A stretch of 64,000 nucleotides of DNA, taken from NCBI RefSeq assembly GCF_964355755.1, contig NC_092674.1, positions 10,044,001 to 10,108,000 of the forward strand. The letters are read 5' to 3'. The first letter of the stretch is position 1. Every line of letters begins with the position of its first letter. Made by a program: the position numbers and the translations under genes. The DNA comes from Antedon mediterranea (Eukaryota > Animalia > Echinodermata). Below are positions 11,018-23,305 of the stretch, in pieces. A model generated the notes under the pieces. It did not search any database. It saw nothing but the letters and a program-made list of their open reading frames with translations, and was not told the DNA's origin.

Positions 11018-12500
11018 TAGGGCGGCCAATGTGTGCTTTTTCATCATGGGGGGCATTTTCTGTTAATAGCAGGCAACCATGTGGAATATATCCCTTATGG
11101 GATGACAAAAAAGATAGGGGTGGATGCCGCTCTCAAATTTCAGGTCAAAGGTCATTTTCAAGGTTATAAGTTCAAATATGGTAAAATAGAGGTTTAAGCT
11201 GTTTTCAACAACATATAAGCTAATTAAAAGAAATGTAACCATTATTGGATCATTATTGACATATTGCTGCAGATGGTGAAGTTCATCAATTTTTCAACTT
11301 ACAAGTTTAAAGGTCATTTTCAAGGTCATAAGGTCAAATAGAGCACAGACCTGTATTAATAATTGAAATAAATATAATTTTCATGATAGCCTTGGGCTGA
11401 AGGAATGGAGAGGATGAGTCCTAGAGTATCAAAATAACCGAAATTGGAGGCCTACTGGAATGTCTTAAATTTCATTTAAAAACGGTCACAGAGGATTTGT
11501 GGGTTGGGAGTAATGGGCGGCATGGGCACATGCCAATATTCAACATTTTTCTGGGATAGAAGGAGGTAACGCTCTGAGGTGGGTATTTCTTCAAGCACTG
11601 ATATTATAATGCCTACTGGCCATCTGGGTAACGGCAAACGATTGAATCACAACCACATATGCATGCTTTCTGTAACAACTTCATCTGGCTCTTTAGTTTA
11701 CATACACATGTAACAAGTTCCAAACTGGGTTAGGGGCTTCCAAATGACCCGATTCATTTAGGCCACATACTGATCTCTGCCTGATAGTTGGCTCGTATGT
11801 TTAGGTTCTATGATATCTGTATTCACCATAGGTGAGTTTTTTTAATTTTAAGTGTTTCCCGAAGTAGAAATACAGGTACTTAAATATTTATTGAGTGAAG
11901 TGAAATACTTAATATTTAAGGGAAATATATATCACTAGTGTTAATGGTATATGGTCACTGAGTCTAGATGGAGGTAGCACCAAAGAGTAGTCTGTTATTA
12001 TACAGTTATCTGCTCAAGAGTACCATATATTTGGCAATACTAAACGTTAGTGTACACTGTACGTGGAAAGTCTTAATCTTAATCATTTCCATTTACAAGG
12101 AGTGGATGCGTTACAAATGATTTCCAGTATGACCTCTTCCCATAACCAGCAAATAATGACGTGCTGCAACCTCTAATGGCATGGAAGCTGGTTAGATTAT
12201 TCTTAATAGGTTTTCAACCACTTTATTGTTCACTATACCAGACATCGTCCATACTTTTGAAGGCTACTGTTACAAAGTGCATATCATTATTAACATCAAC
12301 TTTCATGTATAATTGCAAGCTCTTTGTTATTGACATAAAGAATGTCTAAAAACTGTGTGATATTTGTTCTCCTCCAAACCGATGAGTGTGGCCCAAAACA
12401 CATACGGAAGTACAGATTAGTACATTGGGACTATCCTTTCAATCGTGTCACTGCTTTTATCCACCCCATTCTGTAATATTCTGCAAAAAAGTCTTCTTTA
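11018..12500 (-). mobile_element. Decayed Academ (AcademX-like) DNA transposon fragment
   Basis: Minus-strand remnants NLTSFHAIRGCSTSLFAGYGKRSYWKSF (~12100-12200; XPG-like FHAxTGCDxxSxFxGxGK motif) and HIRANYQAEI (~11770-11800); TAGGG terminus at 11018 with repeated AAGGTCATTTTCAAGGT subterminal motifs. Confidence 0.55.
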
Positions 12501-14564
12501 TGTTCAATATTAAGTTTATTTTGAATCAACTTTTTATAAGAATAATGTTGTAGCTCGAATAAAAACACACAAAAAAAAGTTGTGTTTAATACGAATGCAA
12601 ACGGTACTAAATCTGATTAATAGGAAAAATCCTAATCGAGACACCAACTACTCTTTCGTTCTAGCGATTTTTTCACCTGAAAATATTCTCATCTTTATAG
12701 TTTATTTCAGCATTGAAAATGTATCTCTGTGTGTTTATACATAAATAAGCTTAACTTACAGTGACTCATTATGAAGGTAAGAAGCCAAAAATATTTTATA
12801 AATTCACTAAAATGTGTTTGATATTTTCACATATTGAATTTACATGTACATAGTAAAATCATATTAATAGTAATCATAATATGCGAGGCTAGGCAAATAA
12901 AGTTGAAGAACTTTATTATCAGTAGCCAATAGTTATCAATCAATTATTGTTTTGTTCAGTACAATCATAAACCTATTATAGGTCCGAACTAGTACCGAAT
13001 GGTACGTGCTACCCAATTAACCAATCAAATGACTGACAAGGATACAAGGCGTGGCATTATAAACTATACATGTACTATACATACATGTATATGATGAAGT
13101 ATAACAATTTACATCAATCGTAGTGACTAACCTTAATCGTGAAAATGTTGCAGAATACTGTAACGCAAGTCCTAAATTCTAACTTTAGCTTGCGACCAGG
13201 GAAGAGTGAGACTTAACCCACTCTTCCCTGGTTTGGTGTTCCGTGGCGTAAGTAGTTTAATTCGTGTTTTGACATCAACGCTTTCTAGTTATAAATGATT
13301 CTAAACTCGTGACGACGCGGAATACAAATACGATTGTTCCCGATCGATATAGTCTAGACCAATCAAACGTTAGCATAAACAATATTAAAAATTATCAAAT
13401 GGTTGAATGATGAAATACAATAATGGTTTGCTGTTGTTGTAAAAATTGTGTAATTCAATGGCGTTTTAGCTATTGTAGGCCTACATAACAAAATGGTTAT
13501 TTTTCACCTGAGACTATTCAGATAACAGTTTCACGTCTCAATGCAGTCACTGTAGAACTCCTCACCTTTCCCGCAAACGAAGGGAATATATCCTTATTAA
13601 TATGGTTTCTAGTATATTTGTATGAGATGCCTAACGAAAACATTTGTTGTTTTGTTGCAATTAAGTACGGTAGGTCCGGGGAAACAAAATGATCACCATG
13701 GTCCGTATCTATTAATGAAGGGCATCAGTAGAGCGATTGCATTGCATTCATGTTTCATTTATTAAATAGTTTTGTTTGTATTTCAACAACATGCCTACTA
13801 CTACTTTCGTTGAATCCAAATAAAATGATGGATAATTATATCTCTCTGAAATATTCATCTTGTATACTGACAAAATAAAGTTTTGCTATTTAGTCAAAAT
13901 GTTAGGCCTGCGTTTATTAAATTCGAAACTGTAACTGGAATCCCTTGCTATTCTGTTATTGTTGTAGTAGGGGCCTTAGTTCGATTGCGTCATCAAAGTT
14001 TATTGTTATAAAACATACTAATAGGCCTATAAGATATGTTCTAGTCTGATGAAGCATAGAGTCTCTTTGTAGTGTGGCATTTGAATTTTAAAATAAATAT
14101 TTTGGTTGTGACGCTTGTTTACTTTACCAACTTGTAACAACAAATCATTTAAATCCAATGAAAAGGGAGGCGAGATCAATACTTGCCCGAAGCATAATAC
14201 ATTGAATATAATAAGTACGGTATGCACTGAATTAACACGGTGACTATTATTATCGATGTCCTTGGAAATTCTATAGATTTCCTCTAAACCCTTAAAAGCG
14301 ATTTTGGTTTACTCAATTTTAGAATTGGATAGGCCTATTAAAATTGCTGTAGTTTCATTATATATAGGCCTACCATATACCAAAAATACAACGTTGTAAC
14401 ATACATACAAAGTATGTATGTCCAGCTAGGATTAGGAAGAATGTGGAAATCCGGTTACCCCCACCATTTTTTTTTTTCAAATAAAATAATTTGTTTACAG
14501 CACACAGCATTTTTCTTTATTTGGCCCTAATGGCTGCCCATACAAAAATAATATACAATTCAAG

Positions 14565-14584
14565 ATGGCAGCCTCCGTTAAAAG
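14565..14584 (+). CDS. GLRX: Glutaredoxin exon 1 (MAASVK-S)
   Basis: caagATGGCAGCC start and AAAAG|GTtggt donor. Phase 2 joins exon 2 in frame to give MAASVKSLLTSMIKANR. Confidence 0.7.
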
Positions 14585-15198
14585 GTTGGTGGTTGCCGTC
14601 ATACAAACAGTAACAAGAACAATTTAATTCAAATTTAATTTAAAGCTGCTTGTGTATAATTCATTTCATTATCAAACGCATTATATATGTTAACTTAAAC
14701 CACAAGAATTGATTTTGAACTAAGTCTCACTGGTGGATTTAAAAAGCTAGGCCTGCCTATATACTGTAAATCTAAGCATGATTATCCGCCGACTGCATAC
14801 ACATGGTGCAGGGGCTCAATTGCGACAGAGTCGTTTCGTCCTTTACTTGAATAATATAATTTATGCACATTTTGGCTATTTATTTATTTTTGGTATATTG
14901 AGTTATTATTTAATTATTACTACTTTACAGAGAGTTTTTTTATATTTATAAATGATACATTTTAGAATATAAAATTAAATATTTATTATTATAAATTTCA
15001 TAATTTTGTTTGGAAATTGTTTGACCTGGGTCTACTTTTTAAAAATTTAACAGAATAATTTTGTCTCAGTGGCTAAAACTGCATTAAATGATGCTGAAGC
15101 TAAAACATTAGCTAATTATTATAAGACATATTCCATCCATCATAGAAATTATGATTGAATTAATCTAATGTAAAGACTAAAGTCTCTTCTTTTTTTAG

Positions 15199-15355
15199 TT
15201 TATTAACCAGTATGATAAAAGCCAATCGTATCATGGTGTTTTCCAAATCAACTTGTCCATTTTGTCTCATGGCAAAATCTGCCTTAAATGATGCTGGAGC
15301 TAACAACATGACTGTATTAGAGATTGAAAGCAGACCAGATGCAGGGGATATTCAG
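15199..15355 (+). CDS. GLRX: Glutaredoxin exon 2 (CPFC active site)
   Basis: IMVFSKSTCPFCLMAK...EIESRPDAGDIQ; acceptor cttcttttttAG, donor CAG|GTattt. Confidence 0.92.
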
Positions 15356-15804
15356 GTATTTTATTTTTCTGGATGTGTATGTGTTTTTAATATTCATTTC
15401 CCTAGGTTTTCAAGAATTATATTATAATAATTATAATAATATAGATTTATTCAAGTTGAACATTAAACATTTCAATCTAACCTACAAAAATCCAAATAGG
15501 CATTTCAGTGGCTGATCCAGGATTTTTAAATAAGGGTGCCCCAGGGCCTAACAAGTGTGACAAAGTACCTAATAAAGGGCTAGATTTATTACCATCCAAG
15601 TTAATTTATGCAAAGTTTTTAATTTAAAAATGTGAAATTTGCAATGTTGTTTGCTTTATTGAATGAATACAACTAGTATTTATTTACTAGATACAACAAA
15701 ATCTAAGCAAAATAACAGTAATAGGTTATTTTGTAAGAATAATGAAAAATTCAAAATAAAGTATTTAAAGTAAATCACTGTGACATTATTCACAGATTAG
15801 CAAG

Positions 15805-15923
15805 CAAACTTTATGTGACAACAAAATTGTGTCCATGGACATGATGATGTCATATTAATACCATATTTAAGCACATATCACACTGTTTTTGTCAAACTAT
15901 TTCGATAGTGTAGACAGAGCTTT
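15805..15923. mobile_element. PIF/Harbinger-like MITE remnant (related pieces at ~20425-20485 and 21270-21357)
   Basis: Ends gatagtgtagacagagcTTTA; its atgatgtcatat core is shared in reverse orientation with the 20.4 kb and 21.3 kb copies. Confidence 0.5.
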
Positions 15924-16002
15924 AAGGGAATATCATCCTTTTCATACATAGGCCTATTTTGTATGTTTCTGTATTATTAAAATGACTACAATGCTGTTTC
16001 AG

Positions 16003-16167
16003 ACATTTTTGGGAGAATTTACTGGATCTACCACTGTTCCTGCTGTGTTTATTGCTGGCAAATATATTGGAGGTGGTTCTGATACTCAAAGACTGTATGA
16101 ATCTGGAAAATTAAAAACAATAATTGAAGAATCTAACATTTCTGTAGATAAAAACAATAGTTGTTGA
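16003..16167 (+). CDS. GLRX: Glutaredoxin exon 3
   Basis: TFLGEFTGSTTVPAVFIAGKYIGGGSD (TVP and GG motifs); acceptor tgtttcAG; stop TGA at 16165-16167; AATAAA near 16383. Confidence 0.92.
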   Translation, partial: TFLGEFTGSTTVPAVFIAGKYIGGGSDTQRLYESGKLKTIIEESNISVDKNNSC

Positions 16168-17492
16168 CAAACAAAGTTTGCATGATGGAGTACAGTACAA
16201 TTGTTTATTTATTTTCCAAATTGGAGTCTAGGTTCTAGACAATGATGCAGCTTATCAGAAGATTCAACATTTTGGCACATATGCCGTGTCATAATTATAC
16301 TTGAGGTGACATGTATCTATAAATTATAAGCAATAATTATAATAATTGAATAATATATACTTTATATATACTTTTATTATTAAATAAAAAAAACTCTGAT
16401 GTATTGAAGTTTATCTTATTCTTGTAATACTTAGTAATAGTAATAAATTTTAGCGTAAATATCAACTAAACCAAAGTCAAAAGTAAAGTTCAGTGTTTCA
16501 CACTATTGTTGATTAAATTAAATTAGCTAAATTATTTGAATCTATCCATGGTGTGAGTAAAGATAATGCCCAGGAAAGGACAAGGAGAGACCCATTATAT
16601 ATAAATAAATCACGCTCAGTCACTAATTAAAGCATTTCACTAATTTTCTGATCTGATTTCAGGTTTATTTGTTGACAAAACATAATTATTGTTGTTAATA
16701 TCGAGTTTAAAATATCAAAATATAACACGGCCATGGCTTCAGGCGGCGAATACCAAACAATAGATGGCGCAAACAATTTAAAATACAAACCAATCAATGA
16801 GGGCGCTAAAATGTTTTTAAAAATCAGAGCCTTGTGAAAAAAAAAAATTGTAATTGGATAGAACTTAGAAGGCCATAATCACGAAATGCAGCATAAATAT
16901 TAATAGGGTCTGTGTAGTGCTGAGATGTAGGCCTAATTAATGCTTATGCCAAATGGTCTCTTGGTACTAAAATAATAATAATAATTCAAGCTATTTCCCA
17001 ATAATAATAATATAATTTGAATATATTTTATAATGCAAAACTTGACTTTTGTAGGCCAACATGAGAAATAATCTATTTTGTATATAGAATATCAAAGCCA
17101 ACTCAGCAGCCTCAGTTGAAATTTATTATATTCTGTCTGTTTTGCGTCGTCTGGTCTTGTTTATACTCTTATATATCATTCATATTGACAATAGAGACAA
17201 ATGTAAATAATAAACAGACAGTACAAACTGCAGCTTTCAACCAATTGAACTTTACTAGCACTTGACTTTTTTTTTTTTTTTGGTGCATGTCACGAATTAG
17301 GTCTTTTAGTATTTTCTATTTAAAATAATTTTTTGAATTTTTTTCAAATGATAACAAAATTATACACGATATTACCACTACTGGAATAATGTATTTATCA
17401 AAACGACAAATAATTCCGCTTATTTTATTAATACACAGTCTGCATGCAATTATGTCTACGGTTATATATTTGAGATTGACAGCGCCCTCAGT

Positions 17493-17506
17493 CTATCCTT
17501 AGCAAC
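17493..17506. promoter_or_regulatory. RFX X-box-like site upstream of TEX26-like gene
   Basis: CTATCCTTAGCAAC about 190 bp before the ATG in a CpG-richer patch; further half-sites such as catggcgac. RFX control is typical of ciliary genes. Confidence 0.45.
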
Positions 17507-17695
17507 CGTGGGGATTTACCGACGCTGTCCTCATAGAAACCGGACATTGCATACCGCACGTCACAAGAACAATGCAATGCAAACAGGTGACAAGAAGAAG
17601 CGTGGCGCATGGCGACAAGAAACAATCGATAACCATAACCAGATTCGTTTTAATTGTTAATGTGACACCACAGTGGAAGAAGGTGATATGTAACA

Positions 17696-17788
17696 ATGGC
17701 AGCTAGTGGAATGGATACGCAGTATAGAGGCCCTATTTCGGCTTTTAACACACAGTCGGTGGATAGTCGAACTAAGTTTTTAACTGAG
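17696..17788 (+). CDS. TEX26: TEX26-like exon 1 (MAASGMDTQYRGPISAFNTQSVDSRTKFLTE)
   Basis: acaATGGCA start, GAG|GTaaag donor, 93 nt, phase 0. Confidence 0.7.
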
Positions 17789-18360
17789 GTAAAGATATGT
17801 TTTATTTATTAGTTTAACTAAGAACAATAAATGTTTTAATTTATGCTTTCAAAGTAAAACACACGTACGAGAGTAAAGTACAATTAGTAGACCTACACGT
17901 ACAGTTGTTAATTAACCCAGTCCCTCGTCTATATATGCCCAAGTCTGTTCTCAAATTTACTAGGCATATGCAACAGGCCTTGATTTTCAATCGTCTTCGG
18001 TATCAATGATATACAATAGACAATGGATATGTTTGTCTAATATCTGGGTTAGCATTCATTGTAATCACACCGGGTCTATGATATAATTATAGCATATTCA
18101 AGAGTATATGCATGGTGTGTACGACCGGAAAGTATTATCACTTATATTAGACCCTACTATATTATTTTTAAAGTAAGAGTGGGCAAAACATTACAAGCTT
18201 TTTGACCCTGTTAACCTGTATAAAACACTATTGTAGTCCCTCTCTATATTAAGAGAGGCGTTATTTGTTTTTTACAATAACTATATTTATTTATTTATAA
18301 ATGTCTGTGCATCATTGAAATCTACTGTACCAACCAAAATTATCAACGCACCAAATGTTG

Positions 18361-18497
18361 TGTGGTTGGTTTTTGTACCGTGTCGTCTATGACATACGGT
18401 ATAATTCATTCATGTTACATTATATTATGTGTGGTTGGTTTTTGTACCGTGTCGTCTATGACTATACGGTATACTTCATTCATGTTACATATATTAT
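18361..18497. repeat. ~68-bp tandem duplication
   Basis: tgtggttggtttttgtaccgtgtcgtctatgac...cattcatgttaca occurs twice. Confidence 0.85.
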
Positions 18498-18762
18498 ATG
18501 TTGTTATATCGGCCTATTGTTGTTTTACTATTTGGAATCGGTAGGCAAGAAGGTAAATTGGTGAATACTATATTTCAATTATTGTCAATAACGTCGTTAA
18601 AACAAATAAAAATAATTTTAACGAATTACCGTATGTGTTTCGGTTTGGCTCCTTCCCCAATTAAGAAAACAAAGCGATCGACCTTGCATGCATTGTTTTC
18701 TCATGTTTATTGAATTCTCAAAATGTTCATTAATATTAGGGGGCCTACTATTTATTTTACAG

Positions 18763-18955
18763 ATTGGAGATGGTTATGTTACCCAGGGTTTTGCAAGGAA
18801 TTTAGAAACATTTTACAACAAAGCTAACGAACAGGATCGAAAACGTTGTATACATCTCCTGGCTTCGTTAGCATTAGGAGAAAGCGTCAATGCAGTAACC
18901 AAAAAAGAGCCTCAGAAGATACGGAGGCCTAAAACTGCCGGGCCTTCATTCGGTG
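18763..18955 (+). CDS. TEX26: TEX26-like exon 2
   Basis: ttattttacAG acceptor, IGDGYVTQGF...RRPKTAGPSFG, G|GTGAGT donor, phase 0-1. Confidence 0.75.
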
Positions 18956-19119
18956 GTGAGTTAATAATTAATGGTGATACGTGATTTTGTAAAGCATAAG
19001 TGTATTCACGTTCTTCTATTAAAACAAACATTACAGTTAAATTGCTTTGCTTATTTTTTGGAGGGCATTGTGAAAGATATTTGTAAATGATATTTGTAAA
19101 TCTTAGTAGTTTTTAGTGT

Positions 19120-19476
19120 ATTTATTTTTATTTTTTTATTTTATGTCTTTAGGCAATGTGGCCAAGGATTACCAATAGTGAATTAATCACTGTCCTATCA
19201 GATAGGTGGTAATCCCCCTGATACAGGGGCTATTGTGTGAACCAGTTCACCGGGGTAACCCCCTACTCTTTTTCGAATAATGAACTGGGTTCTTTAAAGT
19301 ACACACATGTTATAACTGTGTACACTGGACCTACGGTTTATAGTCCTTATCCGAGAAGACTTGTTCCACCACCAGAACTAGGAGCGAGTCGGCCTCGAAC
19401 CCTTGCCAATGTTGCTGTTGGCTCTTTAGGTACGGTAAACGGCGCCCCTGCCTTAACCGCTCAGCCATATGACTCA
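19120..19476 (-). mobile_element. tRNA-derived SINE with Deu/Nin-like core
   Basis: A box TGGCTGAGCGG, B box GGTTCGAGGCC, core GTCTTCTCGGATAAGGACTATAAACCGTAGGTCC...TTAAAGAACCC...GAGTAGGGGG, A-rich tail. Confidence 0.8.
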
Positions 19477-19504
19477 CTAGGCCTACTAGTTAACTGGACA
19501 CAAC

Positions 19505-20075
19505 ATAATAATAATAATAATTCAACATTTATTAGTTTCTATCAATGGTAAAACAATACAATAAAAAAGAATGATAATTTATAATGAGAAAATACAAAAA
19601 ATACCATTAATAGAGGATCTTGCAAGAAGAGATTACTTGTCACGCAAGACCCATAAACAAAAAGAAAAAAATACATTTGTATATAATTATTAAGTAAAAT
19701 AAAAAAGTCATGACAAAAACAGTTTAAAGGTCTAGTTTGAGTACAATGATAATAAATGACTTTTAAGTTTTTTTACGAAAAGTTGGAAGAGTTAACAATA
19801 CTAGTATTTAATTGATTCCAAATTAAAGGGCCAGAAACATAAATAAAGTGAGAAGAACTAGTTAATCTTCTTACAAAAGGAATAGTTAACTGAAACTTAT
19901 GAACAGTACTTCTTAAATTATGACCATGGTTGAAATCAGCAGTGTTAAATAAATTCATCATGGGAGAAGGAAGATTGTTAGAAAAATAATGAAAGACAAA
20001 AGAGGCACTTTGCAATTTATGTATATCTCCTAACTTCAGTAACTTAAGTTCATAAAATAAAGGTTCAGATGGAGT
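19505..20075 (-). mobile_element. LINE 3' fragment (L2/Crack/CR1-group ORF2 C-terminus and 3' UTR)
   Basis: PSEPLFYELKLLKLGDIHKLQ..NNLPS..HGHNLRS..GPLIWNQL; (ATT)n tail near 19505-19520. Confidence 0.75.
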
Positions 20076-20487
20076 AAATTAAAGGTACCAAACAAACCAG
20101 GTATATTTGCTGTATCATGATATAATACCGGACTAAGGAAGACTTAAGAACAAACTAAATAATTTGAGCTATCCTGAAATGCACATAATAAATAGATAAC
20201 ACTGTTATTAATTTTAACAGATTTAGCCTCATTAGTCACCGTTGTATTTCATTTTTTTGTGACGTCTTGAAAGTCACTTTCATTGAACAAGAGAAAGAAC
20301 GTCACAGATTGAGACTAGCCTGCTATGAATGTCCATTACATAATATGCATTTCTTCTTCTTTCAAAAATAAATTAGAGGGTTTGGGGATTGGGTTAGTCG
20401 AATAAACTAGGCTGACAACAAATCTGTGATGTGCCCAAATATGGTAGTGATATGACATCATCGTGTCCATATCACATCACAATTTGT

Positions 20488-21270
20488 TGGATACGCAATA
20501 TAGAGGCCCTATTTCGGCTTTTAACACACAGTCGGTCGATAGTCGAAATAAGTTTTTAACTGAGATAGAGATATGTTCTATAGTATTTATTAGTCTAAAT
20601 AAGCTGCAGCACAATAAATGTTTTAATTAATGGTTTCAAAGTAAAACACAGTACGTAAAATTGCACAACGTATTATTAAAGCTGATCTAACGCCTTGTTC
20701 ATTTATCTATGAAAAGAGTATTTAAAAAAAAGTAAACAATATTATGAAAGACCCCACTCATCCGTTACTTAAATAGATCAGGTATTAGGCTACGACCTCC
20801 AAGAGCAAATCTTTGTAGAACTAGAAAATCATTCGTTGTAAATAGCATTCATATTTTTAATTCTAATGTAAGACGATAATGCAATTTTTAAATAGTTTTA
20901 CATTTTTAACAGTTTTTTTATTTTTAACTTTTTATCTTGTATTTTAATCTGTTATAATACTGCACGTTCTAAATTGTTGCAACATTTTTTATGTTCGTTT
21001 TTTATTGTTGTTTTTATCTACCAAGCAAAGTGAATTTCCATTTTTATGGACAAATAAAATTTCTTGATTTCTTGAATCTTGAATGTTGAATCTTGATAGT
21101 AAACTAGTACAATAGTACACAAAGGGCCTACAGTTAACCCAGTCCCTCGTCATATCTGATATCCCTAATTGTCTGTTCTCAAATTTACTAGGCCTATGCA
21201 GGCCTATAAGTTTCTTGATTTTCATTCGTCTTCGATGGTATCAATGATACACAATAAGCAATGGATATAT
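20488..21270 (+). pseudogene. Duplicated copy of TEX26 exon 1 and start of intron 1, donor inactivated, interrupted by a LINE fragment
   Basis: 20488-20650 matches 17713-17865 with ACTGAG|AT in place of ACTGAG|GT; the match resumes at 21105-21270 versus 17877-18030. Confidence 0.85.
20655..21095 (+). mobile_element. LINE 3' fragment with (TCTTGAA)n tail (L2/Rex1-like)
   Basis: KIAQRII..IMKDPTHPL..RSGIRLRPP..RKSFVVNSIHIFN*; 3' UTR nearly identical to the copy at 46340-46694. Confidence 0.8.
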
Positions 21271-21429
21271 CCAAATAGTAGTGATATGACATCATCGTGT
21301 CCATCACACATCACATTTTGTAGTCACATAAAATTTGATAGTGTAGAAAGAGCGTAAACAAAGAAAAAATTATGTTATTTCTAATATCAGTGCCTCATCA
21401 TGACATTTTAAATAAACTACTGATGATAA

Positions 21430-21623
21430 TTATGTTGTAACTGTAATTGATTGGGACCTAATGGAAAATAAGCTGTTTCAGCTTTATGTGTCACCCTGGT
21501 TATGTTTTTTGGAGTAACGCGCAAGCATTTTCCATCCTACTTTTGTCATTCAATATTACCTTTGGTCATGTTACGTCACAATTTTCAGAATGGCCATGTG
21601 TGTGAATAAATCAATCAATCAAT
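21430..21623 (+). mobile_element. Probable LINE 3' UTR fragment with (TCAA)n tail
   Basis: Ends gtgtgtgAATAAAtcaatcaatcaat. Confidence 0.4.
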
Positions 21624-22640
21624 GATCAAATCATTGGTACCGTACCGGCGGTACGAATATTTTTCCCCTTTTCCGAGACTTTATTCAATAATATTTTCTA
21701 TTAAAACATATTTAAAATTTAATGCTTACACAACATCCAATAAATACTTAAAAACAGTTTGTTAACAAAACAAATCACTTAGTCGATCCAGACCACTACG
21801 AATATACATTATGTTGAAGACTAAAATGCGCATGCGTATTTGTATTTTCATCTACAGTACTTTTTGTGACGCGAAGAAGTGCGCAAATCATCTCTGAAAT
21901 ATTCGATTTGTACGAATAATATTCGCCTAGTGAAAAGACTGATGATTAATTGCGTGAAGATGAACATAGGAAAATATATGCGCATAAACCAACGCTTTTG
22001 AGCATGAGTACTGAATAGTAATGAATAAACGCTTTGATTCACGTCACGCGATAAATTCGCCAATGGATAACACGCTTTACTCAAAATAAAGCCCCGTTGT
22101 TGTTGTTGTTGTTATACAGATTGTAATTTCCATGGAAACTTCTTCTTTGGTGACTACGGGAGTCTGATATAATAACTTACGGTATCCGAGTATTATCAGC
22201 TGATGCGAGAAAGGAAATAGTAAAAAGAAATACATATCCCCCTGCTTTGTCGATATGCCATTTTGATGCATTGCACTTTTCCTGTTTTTAGATCTAAAAA
22301 TACATAGAGATCGATAACTTATTTAAATATACTTAATTATGAATCGCATATCAAATTATGCTGTGGTTATTCAAATAGAAGATGGTTTACACATTACAGT
22401 ATATATGATCAATGAAGAGTATTTGTTTGTTGGACTGGTAACATATTCGATTGACATTACGAAAAACATTTTAATACGATGAAAGGTTTGTCCCTGATGT
22501 TCTTTTTTAAAAACCTGTACACAGTACGCGCGTATGACAGTGCGCGTGGTTGTGCGTCTTTTTAGATCCTGGCAACGATTGTCGTAGAAACAGACATTTA
22601 TAAACAAACCTGTTGATTTCTCGATTTGTTTACTTTTCAG

Positions 22641-22785
22641 GAAGAAGGCCCAACAGTAACGATAGCAATAGTAATACTAGAAGTAGTTACCAAGAACGGC
22701 CAAAGTCTGCTGTACCAAAGAAAACACTTACAACATATCGTACTAAATATCCCGCTAAGCAACTTGCAAGTACTAAGCCAATTGT
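22641..22785 (+). CDS. TEX26: TEX26-like exon 3
   Basis: acttttcAG acceptor, GRRPNSND...KKTLTTYRTKYPAK...KPI, GT|GTAAGT donor, phase 1-2. Confidence 0.8.
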
Positions 22786-23139
22786 GTAAGTCATGTAGAA
22801 AGATAGAGAGACGTTTTAAAGGGAAAAATTACTATTTTACTAGCTTCTCATCACTAGACTGTAAAGATGGTTGTTTTATTTATCTATTATAATTTCTTAT
22901 TGTTTAATTACTCACGATTAAGTATTGTGTGATGTCTACCGTTGTGTAGGCATATAGTTTATATGTTTTGATTGGAGACGCCTTTTATTGGAGGGCTAGT
23001 GATTTGTCTTTGAGGGTTCTTATTCTTTGTGTTTCAATGGGCCGATTCGGGGCAGCAGGCCTAGTCTAGGGCGTATTTCATCTCTAAATTTGGGTAACCA
23101 TGTTGATCGAGCATTGACTTGATATCTTTTTGCTTTCAG

Positions 23140-23305
23140 ACCTCCTTCGACTGACGACATGTTTCGTCCAACGTTAGATTCTAGGGCCAAGGTAGGGGAT
23201 TCAACCTACTCGAGCGAATTTTATAATAAAGGATATAACCGCACGGATCTCATCCCATCGGGATCAGCGTCCGGAAATAGGAGGAATAACCCACATCCAT
23301 TTAAG
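23140..23305 (+). CDS. TEX26: TEX26-like exon 4
   Basis: tgctttcAG acceptor, VPPSTDDMF...GDSTYSSEF...SGNRRNNPHPFK, AAG|GTagtt donor. Confidence 0.85.

Noticed and set aside
16150-16330. Selenocysteine read-through at the glutaredoxin C-terminus (SC then TGA)
   Set aside because: The domain is complete before the TGA, and I could not fold a SECIS (ATGA..AA..GA with paired stems) in the 3' UTR.
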